Shown one piece after another: positions 20,516 through 29,901 of a stretch of DNA of 64,000 nt. The notes below the pieces were generated by a model, which saw nothing but the letters and a program-made list of their open reading frames with translations, searched no databases and was not told where the DNA came from. How positions within the stretch are numbered: position 1 is the stretch's first letter; every line of letters starts with the position of its first letter. Location of the stretch: positions 32,001-96,000 of the IMG/VR virus record IMGVR_UViG_3300010885_057925, one strand, 5' to 3'. Origin of the DNA: a virus. The translations under genes were made by a program, and so were the position numbers.

Positions 20516-21694
20516 TTATCCTATGGTGATGACACGACCCATCGGGATCGGAGTCGCTCTCAGTATCTTCTGCAGGTTGTCGATTTCCGCAGCTTTCGTC
20601 TCTATGAGCTTGTTGTAGGTGAGGGTGTCGAGCATCTCTCGAAGGTCCGTCTTGAGCTTTTCCTTTTCTTCCTTCGCCGTGCTCTTCAGATCAGATCCAT
20701 CGAGTTGCAGCTCGCCACCGGGTATCGGTACCGACCCGAATTTAGACCTGATCATACCGAGAAGTTCCTTACAAAGAGCTAACGCGTATTGCCTCACCCA
20801 CTGACGTGCTATCGAATTTACCTTCGCGTATACGAAATTTCCATATGGGACGTTTGAGAGATTGGAAACGCCGTTTATGGAACCATCGCCGGGAATTGAG
20901 GACACCAATGGGTTGTTCTCGAAACCGACCCTGACCCAAAGCTTCAAGGGAATGTCGGCCGTGGGCATTGGGAATATCCTGAGCTTCGTTCCGGTCACAC
21001 GATAGCTGTAGTTAGATCGACGGACCCTGTTCGATATGTTCATCTGACCGCCGCGAAGGATGTCCTCGAAGACTGGCAGGACGTAAAACACAGTCTCTGG
21101 TGTGAATGACTCGAAAGAGAACTCGTTGTTGAGATAGTTGATCGCCGAAGTTGTATCGAAGAATCGATACGCAGCCATTGGATTAAAATGCATGATCTCG
21201 AAGATGCGCATCTTACCTTGCGTCGGATTCATCGATGAGCTGGCGATGGGAGCTCCCGAGGCGGGATCGAGAAGATCAGTGTACAGATCATAATCCTGAA
21301 CGTTCTGTCGAAGCTGAATCGATCCTGTCGCTGAATTGTATGTGCCTCCCAGACCTGCTTCAACCGCGTACGGTTCAGCCATACGAATAACATAGTTGAG
21401 CGTGTCTCTTGGGAATTTTTGCGTAGCCTCATTCAAGCTTCCGGTTTGCATTCCCAGAAGCGAGAGAAGTTGGCTTCTAGCCTGATACTGATTAACGATC
21501 GAGGCATACTCGAGAAATGACTCCTCGAAGCATGCCCAAATCTGCTTTTTTGTAAGTTCAACAGAAAGCACATCATCACCGAGACGACGCTTCACGAATG
21601 TGATCATCGCGTCAGCCTCTGTTTGAAAATCACCATCAGAGTCGAAGAATCCGAATGGAGTCGGATTAAGAGTTGATGTGAATGTTGTTGACAT
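20516..21694 (-). CDS. Neck protein (gp13-like head-tail adaptor)
   Basis: RRLG...VELT..QI, WVRQYALALCKELLG.IRSKF..VPIPGG...LDG motifs. Confidence 0.8.
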   Translation of the reverse strand: MSTTFTSTLNPTPFGFFDSDGDFQTEADAMITFVKRRLGDDVLSVELTKKQIWACFEESFLEYASIVNQYQARSQLLSLLGMQTGSLNEATQKFPRDTLNYVIRMAEPYAVEAGLGGTYNSATGSIQLRQNVQDYDLYTDLLDPASGAPIASSSMNPTQGKMRIFEIMHFNPMAAYRFFDTTSAINYLNNEFSFESFTPETVFYVLPVFEDILRGGQMNISNRVRRSNYSYRVTGTKLRIFPMPTADIPLKLWVRVGFENNPLVSSIPGDGSINGVSNLSNVPYGNFVYAKVNSIARQWVRQYALALCKELLGMIRSKFGSVPIPGGELQLDGSDLKSTAKEEKEKLKTDLREMLDTLTYNKLIETKAAEIDNLQKILRATPIPMGRVITIG

Positions 21695-21721
21695 GCTAGC
21701 TCCCTCAAGTAAATAGGAGCC

Positions 21722-23515
21722 TCACTCGTCTTTCATCATCTGCCTTTTCAAAGCTTCGTACAGTATCCGAGATATAGAATGACGCTTTGAATCCTGAACC
21801 TTACCGTATTCATTATTCAGAATTTTCCAGTATTTTTCCTTCATCTCTGGCGCGAGGGTGGCAGGAATAAACTTTTTGAAGCTGTCTTCGTCTCCGTCTT
21901 TCAGGAACTCTCGCATTTTTGTACCTGAAATAGAGACTGTCTCACTACGAGGCACGGGTCGCTGTCGAAATTTTTCGATGACGATCGGATCTCTGATCAT
22001 CGCTTCAAGCTTCTCTTTAGAGTATTTCGTCGATGTGTCCTCGTCATCAGCGTAAAATATGAAAGAGCTAACCACGTTTTTGAGCTCTCGCATCTTGTCG
22101 ACCGCAAGCCCGAGCGGAGAATCAGGGGTGATCACCAGCGTAGCGTTCGGATAATCTAGATGAAATTGCGGTTCTAGCACAACCCTCCAGGCATCGATCA
22201 TAACACCCGCGGGAAGCTCATCACGACCAGAAGTTGATGTCAAGACTAGAACTTCATCGCACTCTCTCGTCGCTAATTCAATAACGCCCCAGTGACCTGC
22301 GTGTACCGGCTTTCCAGATACGACGAAGATACCCAAAGTGAATCCGCTCTTGTCACCCACCTCGAGACGCTTCATGATGCGGCTCTTTGTGGTCAAGAAA
22401 AGATCCTCCTGCCTTTGAATCATGGACTTAGGATGCTCAAGCCGCCCTAGTCTGTTGGATATAGCGAGATCAAAGTAGCACTTATTTCTGATAGTCTCCA
22501 GAATGCCGTCGAGATCATTTTCAGGTATATTCTTACGAGACTCAGGAGCTATCTCACGAGCTAGCTCGTCCGCGATGACGATGACAGAATCCCAGTATGA
22601 CTGCTCTTTCTGAGGATCTTCTGCCCTAAACTTCTTCTTCATCCCGGAGCGGTGCTCAACGTCATGCTGATCGAATCTAAGAGCCTTGTACAGTGTCTTC
22701 GCTAGCGATGGCTTGAATACCGAACCTTCGGCGGCTGCTGTTTCAGACTCCGTTGATAGCGTTGTGTCGAAATCGGAGAAAATATCGTAAATAGCTTCAA
22801 CGATTTTGATCGGACGATCCGGGCTCGAGTCATCATACGCGGCGCGGAGCTTGTCCATCGAGCTTTCGATTCTACGCTTGATACTCGGGCTTTTTGTTCC
22901 CCTGATCAGATCTTCAATGCTTCCAAGATTTCCCTCGAATAGCGCTGGGTATGTTCCAACCTCCAGCATCTTAGCGTATTCTGCTAGCCGACCATCATCG
23001 TCGACCGGATTTATGTTGGAGACGAGATGAGTGCCAGTTACCTTGTAGCGTGTTGGACCGAAAAGCGTTAGAAAAATACCGTGTTTCTGAGGGTAGTCGC
23101 GGCTGATCGTTGGCTTTCTCTGCACAAATTCTAGGAAAAATTCTGTTCCTTGCGGGATTGAAGCAGTGCCAGAATGAACTCTTGCCATGTGATCATGCAC
23201 AAGAGAATACTGCGCAATGCCAGACGATTTCTCTCTAACTTCCTTCTCACGTGCAGCCAGTCCGCCGACCTCACCTGGGAAAATGACGTTCCCCTTGTAG
23301 GCGATGATCCAATTTTTGGCGTAATTATTGGGATCAAATTCGTTGTTACGACGAATCAGAGTGAGTTTTGTGCCGTCGATCTTTTCTTCGATTTTTAGAT
23401 TGGGGTCGCTCAGAAATGCTGCCGCTTTCACTCGATCATTAGCGCGAGCTTTCGCAGAAGTTCCAGCTCGAGCCATCGACCCCTTTAGGTCATCTATCGA
23501 AATGTTAGTCGACAT
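21722..23515 (-). CDS. Fusion: ATP-dependent RNA/DNA-ligase-like nucleotidyltransferase + HxGH (NMNAT/cytidylyltransferase-class) domain
   Basis: Ligase motifs I EKIDG, III FFLEF, IV EGSVF, V LYK. C-terminal GIFVVSGKPVHAGH and ISGTKMRE. The likely start is ATG 23515 (TAATG overlap, GGAGAG SD) rather than TTG 23527. Confidence 0.75.
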   Translation of the reverse strand: MSTNISIDDLKGSMARAGTSAKARANDRVKAAAFLSDPNLKIEEKIDGTKLTLIRRNNEFDPNNYAKNWIIAYKGNVIFPGEVGGLAAREKEVREKSSGIAQYSLVHDHMARVHSGTASIPQGTEFFLEFVQRKPTISRDYPQKHGIFLTLFGPTRYKVTGTHLVSNINPVDDDGRLAEYAKMLEVGTYPALFEGNLGSIEDLIRGTKSPSIKRRIESSMDKLRAAYDDSSPDRPIKIVEAIYDIFSDFDTTLSTESETAAAEGSVFKPSLAKTLYKALRFDQHDVEHRSGMKKKFRAEDPQKEQSYWDSVIVIADELAREIAPESRKNIPENDLDGILETIRNKCYFDLAISNRLGRLEHPKSMIQRQEDLFLTTKSRIMKRLEVGDKSGFTLGIFVVSGKPVHAGHWGVIELATRECDEVLVLTSTSGRDELPAGVMIDAWRVVLEPQFHLDYPNATLVITPDSPLGLAVDKMRELKNVVSSFIFYADDEDTSTKYSKEKLEAMIRDPIVIEKFRQRPVPRSETVSISGTKMREFLKDGDEDSFKKFIPATLAPEMKEKYWKILNNEYGKVQDSKRHSISRILYEALKRQMMKDE

Positions 23516-24915
23516 TAACTCTCCCAAATGATGGATTCTAGAATTCGATTCAATTTTCTACGATTCGATTCGTCAACCGAAGGTTGATCGGAGTCTTCCG
23601 AAAAACCTTCCTGACCTCTTACCTTGTACTTCGAGTAGAAATTCGATTTTAAACCCCTGAGATCTATTGTCGAAGATTCTACCTCGGGAACAGCCTGCTT
23701 GAACACCTCGAGTATTCTGTCTTTAACAGACTCGTCCTCTTTAGGGTCGGTAGCTGATAGCTGTTGACCTTCCTCTCCGAAGAATCTATTGACAACCTCT
23801 TCGTACAATCTAACAATCTCGGGTGGGCTCATCCTCTGTTTGATTATTTCCAGCAGACCGGTGAACGAGCCAAAGTTATTAATATCTTCCTCACTTGGCG
23901 GAGGATTTTCACCAAAAAGATTCGAAAAAATTTCGCTTAAATCTTGTGTGGAATCCGTGCGTTCGACGCGCTTCAAGTACTTGTAAGCTTGCTCACCATT
24001 CAAATTCCAATCCAACTTTACGTATCTGCTTCCATAACCCGAAACAAGATCAAATGACTTGAGAGGTCGAAGGGGAGCCGGCTCCATCACGCCGGTTTCT
24101 TTGTTCCTCGTGCGCTTGAACTTGGGCGCCTCTGGGGTTGCAGCCGGCGTGATCGCGCGCGCGTTTAAGGGCGGGGGCGATTTAATGGACGCTAGCGACA
24201 TGAGAAGCACCTTATGCGCTAGACCCTTAACGCCCTGAGTAATGTCTCGCCATGAGGAAGAATACGAGAATTTAGCCCATTCGGTGGGACGCCCTTGATT
24301 ATATTCGGAGCCCTCGAAATCTATCTGGAAGAAAGTATCTCCAGCGCCTTCCGGAACTGTAGAGTCCCATGTATATGAAAACAAAGAGTTTATCTGATGA
24401 GAACCCGGGACTTTTTTATTATGACCGATGTACGCAATCTTTCTTGTGAGCTGCTGGTCCTCTCTCCTATTCAAGGTAGAGTACAGATCATTCATTTTTT
24501 CAGCGGGAACTGTCAGGTCAATATCTCCGACAGTCGGCTTGTATTGTATAAATTCATCGTCCGAAAGAGTCTCGGGCGGCGCGAAAAGATGAGCGGATGA
24601 GCCGTTAAACGCGAATCCAGCTCCTAGAATATCGTCACGTTGACCTGGGTCCCATATCGTAGACCCGTGGTCTTTTTTGAACTCAGAGTCCAAAACTCTT
24701 AGCATCTCGATGACATCGCCTCTGAGCTGCTGACGAGTTATCCTACCAGTCGTGAGATCTATCTTTTCAGCCGTAGCTACACGACCCCGAAATTTTTTGA
24801 TAGCCTCAGGTCCTTTCACGAGTCCCGTTTCCGGATCTCTCACTAGAGCTCTGGTGTTTCCACCTTCGTTGATCGACTTTTCGTTACCAAACATGAAGCG
24901 AGTAATGCTAAACAT
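23515..24915 (-). CDS. Pol-beta superfamily nucleotidyltransferase (466 aa)
   Basis: FNGSS ... VGDIDLTV ... FQIDF provide the GS, DxD and third Asp catalytic pattern; N-terminal SINEGGN. Confidence 0.7.
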   Translation of the reverse strand: MFSITRFMFGNEKSINEGGNTRALVRDPETGLVKGPEAIKKFRGRVATAEKIDLTTGRITRQQLRGDVIEMLRVLDSEFKKDHGSTIWDPGQRDDILGAGFAFNGSSAHLFAPPETLSDDEFIQYKPTVGDIDLTVPAEKMNDLYSTLNRREDQQLTRKIAYIGHNKKVPGSHQINSLFSYTWDSTVPEGAGDTFFQIDFEGSEYNQGRPTEWAKFSYSSSWRDITQGVKGLAHKVLLMSLASIKSPPPLNARAITPAATPEAPKFKRTRNKETGVMEPAPLRPLKSFDLVSGYGSRYVKLDWNLNGEQAYKYLKRVERTDSTQDLSEIFSNLFGENPPPSEEDINNFGSFTGLLEIIKQRMSPPEIVRLYEEVVNRFFGEEGQQLSATDPKEDESVKDRILEVFKQAVPEVESSTIDLRGLKSNFYSKYKVRGQEGFSEDSDQPSVDESNRRKLNRILESIIWES

Positions 24916-24920
24916 GAAAC

Positions 24921-24927
24921 TATGTAT
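24921..24927 (-). promoter_or_regulatory. Putative late promoter ATANNTA (ATACATA), probably giving a leaderless mRNA
   Basis: Only 5 nt before ATG 24915, no SD, and located downstream of the capsid terminator. Confidence 0.45.
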
Positions 24928-24961
24928 GCGTTTTCCGCCCTAAATTGACCGTCGTCCGCCC

Positions 24962-24995
24962 AAATAAAAAGGGTCCACCCCGAAGGGTGGACCCT
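24962..24995 (-). terminator. Rho-independent terminator with C(UUCG)G tetraloop after major capsid gene
   Basis: Minus strand AGGGTCCACCC-TTCG-GGGTGGACCCT-TTTTATTT: perfect 11-bp stem plus U tract. Confidence 0.92.
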
Positions 24996-25021
24996 AGTTA
25001 GAGCCCTAGGCCCTCAGAGCA

Positions 25022-26905
25022 TCAGATGATGTTGAGGTCGAGGACGGTGACCGTTCCGTAGAAGTCGGAGCGGACCATCTTCTTGCCGTAGCGGGTCATC
25101 ACGCCCTTACGGGGTGTGAAGTCTTCCGGCGCGAAGATGGTGGGCGTGACGATGAGCGGCACGTACGGAGCGTAGACGTACCCGGTCTCGAGGTAGGAAC
25201 CGCCCTTGAAGCCGACGAGGATCTTGTTGCGGGGGAAGTAAGGATCCTTGTAGACCGTGAAGCGGTTGCTGAGAGTACCAACCTTCTCAGCGCCGATCGA
25301 GAACGGAGCGCCGACCTGGCCGGAGCCGTCGATGCTGTAGCTCGGGCGGTAGTACGTGGAAGCCTCGAGGATCGTGGCGACGTCCGGACCGACCACAATG
25401 AAGTTCGCGGAGCCGCGAAGCGTCTTGCGGTGGATCTCGTTGCCGACGTCGATGATCGTCTCGGTGAGGGTCTCGTACCACTCGCGAACGGTGCCGGTGA
25501 ACATCGGGCCGATGTTGCCAGCGCCGCCGGTTGTCTGGTAGTTACCGGTGGTCTTGTTGACGAACTTGCCAGGAGCGCGGCTCCAGAAGTAGTTCGCACC
25601 AGAGGCCTGTGTGAGGAGGTCGTTCAGGATCTCGCGATCGAGCTCGAGAGCAATCTGCTCGGAGAGGATCTGGGTGAGCTCAACCTCAGCGTCGATGCTG
25701 TGGTAGGCATTCAGATCCTGCGCGAGCTCCGGGGACCAGCGAGCGCGGAGCTTGCGGGTCGTCGCAGTGACGGCGATTGACTCGATCTTGATGTCGATCT
25801 CAGGGATGACCGGAGAGGGGCTCGTGCCGAAGTTCGACTCGAAGACCGGGATGGTGATCGTGGAGCCGGAGGAGCTCTCAACGTCGAGTGCCGTGCCGAG
25901 CGGGTAGCTGACTCGGAAAGCGTTCAAGCCGAGTGCACCAGCCGGGTCGGAGGTCACGACTGCCGTGGCCGGGATGACCATCAGGACGTGCGTGCCGGAG
26001 AGCGGTGTCGGAGTGAACACTGTGCCGCTCCAGGAGCCGAGCTGGTTGAGGCGACGGATGTTGACAACGCCGTTGCCACCCTGGAAAGTCTCGCCGGGGA
26101 CCCCGGTGCCCGCGAGGGTCGACGCGGTCGTGAAGAGCGCGATGTCCTTGACGAGCGTCTGATCCATGGAGGAGGAGAGCGGACCGGTCGGAACGACAGC
26201 GAACTTGAAGGTGGTGCCACCCTCGATCGCGGTCGTGACCTGGGGATCGAAGCCGATGAGTCGGCCGTCGGTACCGGACGTGAAGATGAAGCTGGATGCT
26301 GCACCGCTGAAACCCATCGAACCGAGGAACGAGCCGGTAGCTGAGAGCGTGAGGACGGTCTGGCCGTGGACGCGGCTGTAACCAGCGCCGGCGAGATCGT
26401 ACATACCACCGGTTGCGAGAGAGCCGCTCTGGACTCCCTTGCCCACGGGGTTGTTGTAGATCGACTGACCGACAGAGTAGGTCGCCTTTGTGGAGGCGTT
26501 GCCCTGGCCGTCGATGTCAGATGCGCCACCGCGGTTGGTGCCGTAGGTGTAATCCAGGTAGAAGAGCAGACCGGAAGGAAGGCTCATGGGCTGGATCGAG
26601 ACGAGCTCGTTCGCCACGAGACCGCCGAACACGCGGCGGACGATGGGGAACGCGATGTTCGAGAAGCCGCGGATGTCGCCAGAGCCCTGGCCCGAGGCGG
26701 CGCCGGTGGAGAGAGAGTTGCTCTCGCGGAGGAGGTTGGCGGTCTGGTTCTCGAGGAGACGAGCCATGTTCTCACGGTTGACACCGTCGAGGCCACGGAG
26801 GAGGCCGGTACGGTTCCACTTCTCGACGAGGCGGCTGTTCTCAGCGCCCACGTCACGGCCACGGATGCCCTCAGAGAGCTGCTCCAGTGTGAAAGTCTTA
26901 GACAT
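25022..26905 (-). CDS. gp23: Major capsid protein (T4 gp23-like)
   Basis: MARLLENQ, FPIVRRVFGGLVANELVSIQPMSLPSGLLFY, TRKLRARWSPELAQDLNAYHSIDAEVEL, GYVYAPYVPL, PRKGVMTRYG; very high GC and strong codon bias. Confidence 0.95.
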   Translation of the reverse strand: MSKTFTLEQLSEGIRGRDVGAENSRLVEKWNRTGLLRGLDGVNRENMARLLENQTANLLRESNSLSTGAASGQGSGDIRGFSNIAFPIVRRVFGGLVANELVSIQPMSLPSGLLFYLDYTYGTNRGGASDIDGQGNASTKATYSVGQSIYNNPVGKGVQSGSLATGGMYDLAGAGYSRVHGQTVLTLSATGSFLGSMGFSGAASSFIFTSGTDGRLIGFDPQVTTAIEGGTTFKFAVVPTGPLSSSMDQTLVKDIALFTTASTLAGTGVPGETFQGGNGVVNIRRLNQLGSWSGTVFTPTPLSGTHVLMVIPATAVVTSDPAGALGLNAFRVSYPLGTALDVESSSGSTITIPVFESNFGTSPSPVIPEIDIKIESIAVTATTRKLRARWSPELAQDLNAYHSIDAEVELTQILSEQIALELDREILNDLLTQASGANYFWSRAPGKFVNKTTGNYQTTGGAGNIGPMFTGTVREWYETLTETIIDVGNEIHRKTLRGSANFIVVGPDVATILEASTYYRPSYSIDGSGQVGAPFSIGAEKVGTLSNRFTVYKDPYFPRNKILVGFKGGSYLETGYVYAPYVPLIVTPTIFAPEDFTPRKGVMTRYGKKMVRSDFYGTVTVLDLNII

Positions 26906-26960
26906 ATCTTAAAAACTCCAATTTTAGAAATTTGAAACTTAACTGGACCTTACGATCCGA

Positions 26961-28679
26961 TTATTTGATGCCTGCGAGGATCGCCCAACGATCCACCTCG
27001 ACGGATTCATTAACGGCACTGCCGGACTTCGTCGATCTGGAGGATGAGCCGAGAACACGACCCTCGTTCACGGTGCCTGTCTTTGTCTTGAGCGACTCGG
27101 TAAGGCTCGTGTAGAGAAGTTTTGCCTCCCTAACTGACTTCGCAGCGTCGAGCGATTCAACAACGGCTCTCTGCTGACGGGGGGTGAGGTCACGGTTCTG
27201 CATAAGCTTATTGACGTAGAGAAGCTTAGCATTGAACAGGTTAACCTCCTCAAGCTGCTCGCGCAGGGTAGCATTCGCGCGCTCAGTCTCGGCGAGCTGG
27301 ACCTTGAGGTCCCGATTCATGCGGGCCTCCTGCACTCTGGCCTCGCGCTCTGACTTGGCTGCCTTGACGGCCTTCTTCGAGACCTCAAGCGCCTTCTTTG
27401 CGACCGCCTCGGTGTCGCTGGCGTCATCGTCGCCCTCGTTCACGTTGAGGTCTGTATCCTTGGACTGCATGACGAGGTGCTTGCCGGCCTTTCCACCGCC
27501 GAAGCTGCCTGCCATAGCGTCGGCGATCCCGCGGCCCTTGCCACGAACAGCGCCCTTCTTCGCTTCACGAAGACGTGTGAGCTCACGACGAAGCATGGAC
27601 TCGTCGACATGGAAAGTTCTCTCGTCCATATCCTCTTCCTCTTCCTCCTCGTCCTCGTCCTCGTCTTCCTCTTCGTACATCTCTTCGATGTCTTCGCCTT
27701 CTTCGTACTCTCCGTACTCTTCCTCGAGATCATCATATCCCTCAGAGGGAGCGGGGGGAGCTCCAGCAGCGGGTGCTGGGGTGGAGGACACATCGATCGG
27801 GGTCTCTTCGGCGCCGGCTTCGGGAGCTTCCTCGTCGCCGAACTCGATGCCGAAAGTCATACCCTTGAGCTTCTCCTTGAAGTCCTCGTCATCGAGACCC
27901 TCGAGGTCAGCGGGATCGAACACAAGCTTCGCCTCATTACGACGGGGCTTGGGTGATTCCATATTCTGTAGCAGGCGACGAAACCGCGCGCTGTTTGACA
28001 TAACACTCATCTCCTTTAAAAAATTATCGAATTGAGCTCTGTTGGACGAGCTCCCTCCATTAGATATGAGGCGCTCCTGCAACTTCATGACGTTTTTCAG
28101 AAGAATTGAGTAAGCAGCCTTGAAATTCTTGCTTTCGCTTAGAGAAATACGCCGGGAAACCCTGCCCAGGTCTCTCAGCTGGCCACGGACCTCGTCAAGG
28201 CTCGTGGACTTATTGTTCTTAGACCCTAGAACTAGATCGGCGAGGCCCTGCAGACCCTCTTTGTTGAGCTCGACCTCGACGTCGTCACCCTCGGCCTCAT
28301 CAGCCTCGGCTGTAGCAGAAGCTTCGCCGTGCTTGTCAACTCGAACGTTGATCTTAACCTCTGTTCCAGATGCAGTCTTTGTGGTAACGGTGTGCGTAAC
28401 CTCTTCGTCAGGATCAGGAGCACCAGCTCCCTGGATAGGAGACGGAGAGGCAGGCGGAAGAGCAGCTGGATTCATCGTCGGCTCGTCTGGAAGGGCGTCA
28501 AGATCGAGATTAGGAATCTCCTCGTCTACCTCTTCCTCCGCTTCGGACATGATCTGGCGTTCGATCAGATTCCTGATCTTGGGAGTCATAGCTTCGATGA
28601 TCTTATTCTTAGCATTACGCTCAGCCATCTCTCTGAGTGCTCTAGCGTCTGCGATTGCTTCTTGATACAAATTTGACAT
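26961..28679 (-). CDS. Prohead scaffold/core protein (gp22-like)
   Basis: Directly upstream of the capsid gene; coiled-coil, with an acidic tract; EAIADA..LRE.A..NAK and LEEVNLFNAKLLY; ends RWAILAGIK. Confidence 0.75.
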   Translation of the reverse strand: MSNLYQEAIADARALREMAERNAKNKIIEAMTPKIRNLIERQIMSEAEEEVDEEIPNLDLDALPDEPTMNPAALPPASPSPIQGAGAPDPDEEVTHTVTTKTASGTEVKINVRVDKHGEASATAEADEAEGDDVEVELNKEGLQGLADLVLGSKNNKSTSLDEVRGQLRDLGRVSRRISLSESKNFKAAYSILLKNVMKLQERLISNGGSSSNRAQFDNFLKEMSVMSNSARFRRLLQNMESPKPRRNEAKLVFDPADLEGLDDEDFKEKLKGMTFGIEFGDEEAPEAGAEETPIDVSSTPAPAAGAPPAPSEGYDDLEEEYGEYEEGEDIEEMYEEEDEDEDEEEEEEDMDERTFHVDESMLRRELTRLREAKKGAVRGKGRGIADAMAGSFGGGKAGKHLVMQSKDTDLNVNEGDDDASDTEAVAKKALEVSKKAVKAAKSEREARVQEARMNRDLKVQLAETERANATLREQLEEVNLFNAKLLYVNKLMQNRDLTPRQQRAVVESLDAAKSVREAKLLYTSLTESLKTKTGTVNEGRVLGSSSRSTKSGSAVNESVEVDRWAILAGIK

Positions 28680-28704
28680 CAGTGTTTCCTGCGTCCTGCT
28701 GTAG

Positions 28705-28711
28705 TAACTAT
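28705..28711 (-). promoter_or_regulatory. Putative late promoter ATANNTA (ATAGTTA) for scaffold-capsid operon
   Basis: 25 nt upstream of the 28679 start. Confidence 0.5.
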
Positions 28712-29307
28712 ATCGTTGTTTTGTCTTTTTCGAGCTCTTGTTCGTCGTGAATAGCTCTAATAAGACGTCTGAGCCTGGACATCGTCATCTCATCAGATGT
28801 TGGAATGTCAGCTAGATTATAAGCGTTTTCCGCAGATCCTAAATCACGCAATGGGTACGAATGTGACCAGCCCGCCGTCGAGCCTCCGAGAGATATTCTC
28901 GCTGGAGCTGGTCTAATCGACGGACCGTCAGCTCCCGCTCCGAGGACTCCCTGCTTGTTCTTGTAGAGATCTGGAATGGGAGACATGCTGCGGCCGGTCG
29001 TCTGCTCCCACATTCTGAAATCTGGACCTACGAAATTCCTGCGATCGATTGATCTCGTCGCGTATGAATCACCGGGAACATGACCCTGACCGGTCTTATT
29101 CCCGATCGCGACCTGCGTCTCTAGCTCGTTTTCGTCGTCTAACGGCTCTTCGTCATCAACATCAAATCTAGCTGGTTCGATGTACGGCCATGAAGACTGA
29201 CCATTGCGCGGCTTATTTCTACCCGCGTTATTAATAGAAACGTATCCGCGGTCAACTCCTGAATCGTAGTTCGGAAAGTTGGCCTCGGATACGCTTCTTC
29301 TCTTCAC
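28708..29307 (-). CDS. Hypothetical head-region protein (199 aa)
   Basis: AGGA SD with GTG start; tightly packed in the head cluster; C-terminal LRRLIRAI helix. Confidence 0.65.
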   Translation of the reverse strand: MKRRSVSEANFPNYDSGVDRGYVSINNAGRNKPRNGQSSWPYIEPARFDVDDEEPLDDENELETQVAIGNKTGQGHVPGDSYATRSIDRRNFVGPDFRMWEQTTGRSMSPIPDLYKNKQGVLGAGADGPSIRPAPARISLGGSTAGWSHSYPLRDLGSAENAYNLADIPTSDEMTMSRLRRLIRAIHDEQELEKDKTTI

Positions 29308-29314
29308 GTTGATC

Positions 29315-29860
29315 CTAGGAGATCGCGCCAGGGTTTAGTCTGTGAGCAGCGCTCTGACCCTGATTCGCGACCGGTCCGACCGCCTCGATGGATGTCTGAC
29401 CCATCAGGACTGTCGTTTCGGACGGATTGGCGATGCCAGTTCCTGTTCCGAAGTTGTCGTTCGCAGTGATTCCGTAACCGCCGGCCGGAGGTTCGGGCTG
29501 AGTGCTTGGGTCGGCTGGGTTCGGAGCCGACGCAAGGTTCGGGTAGTACGGGGAGGCAGGCAGACCGCCCCCGCCAGTAACAACGTCATTCATGTTGGGA
29601 GCATCGCCAAAATCGCGATTAACTGTTCCAACAGCGTCATCTCCCGTGATCGTACCATCCAGCAGAAGACGCTGAGCTCTCTGACGGAGTTGCTCTGCGG
29701 TTGTGCTGTAAATTGGAGAATTCGGAAAAATGGAGCGAAGGGTCGACGTATCAGAATTGGAGAGGCTGTAAGCTGAGTGCTCCACGTCGGGAGTCGTCCC
29801 TGGCGATATTGAAGAGCGCGACGTTATCGGCGCCTCTATTGTCGGATACTTTCCTGGCAT
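29315..29860 (-). CDS. Hypothetical Pro/Gly-rich head-region protein (181 aa)
   Basis: AGGAG SD with ATG; GGGGLPASPYYPN motif. Confidence 0.7.
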   Translation of the reverse strand: MPGKYPTIEAPITSRSSISPGTTPDVEHSAYSLSNSDTSTLRSIFPNSPIYSTTAEQLRQRAQRLLLDGTITGDDAVGTVNRDFGDAPNMNDVVTGGGGLPASPYYPNLASAPNPADPSTQPEPPAGGYGITANDNFGTGTGIANPSETTVLMGQTSIEAVGPVANQGQSAAHRLNPGAIS

Positions 29861-29886
29861 GTGCTATTTGTCTCCTAGCCTCTTCA

Positions 29887-29893
29887 TATGTAT
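29887..29893 (-). promoter_or_regulatory. Putative late promoter ATANNTA (ATACATA)
   Basis: 26 nt upstream of the 29860 start. Confidence 0.45.
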
Positions 29894-29901
29894 TCTCAAG
29901 A

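Noticed and set aside
27625-27730. (TCC/TCG/TCT)n low-complexity tract as a tandem repeat or array
   Set aside because: It simply encodes the Glu/Asp-rich stretch of the scaffold protein.
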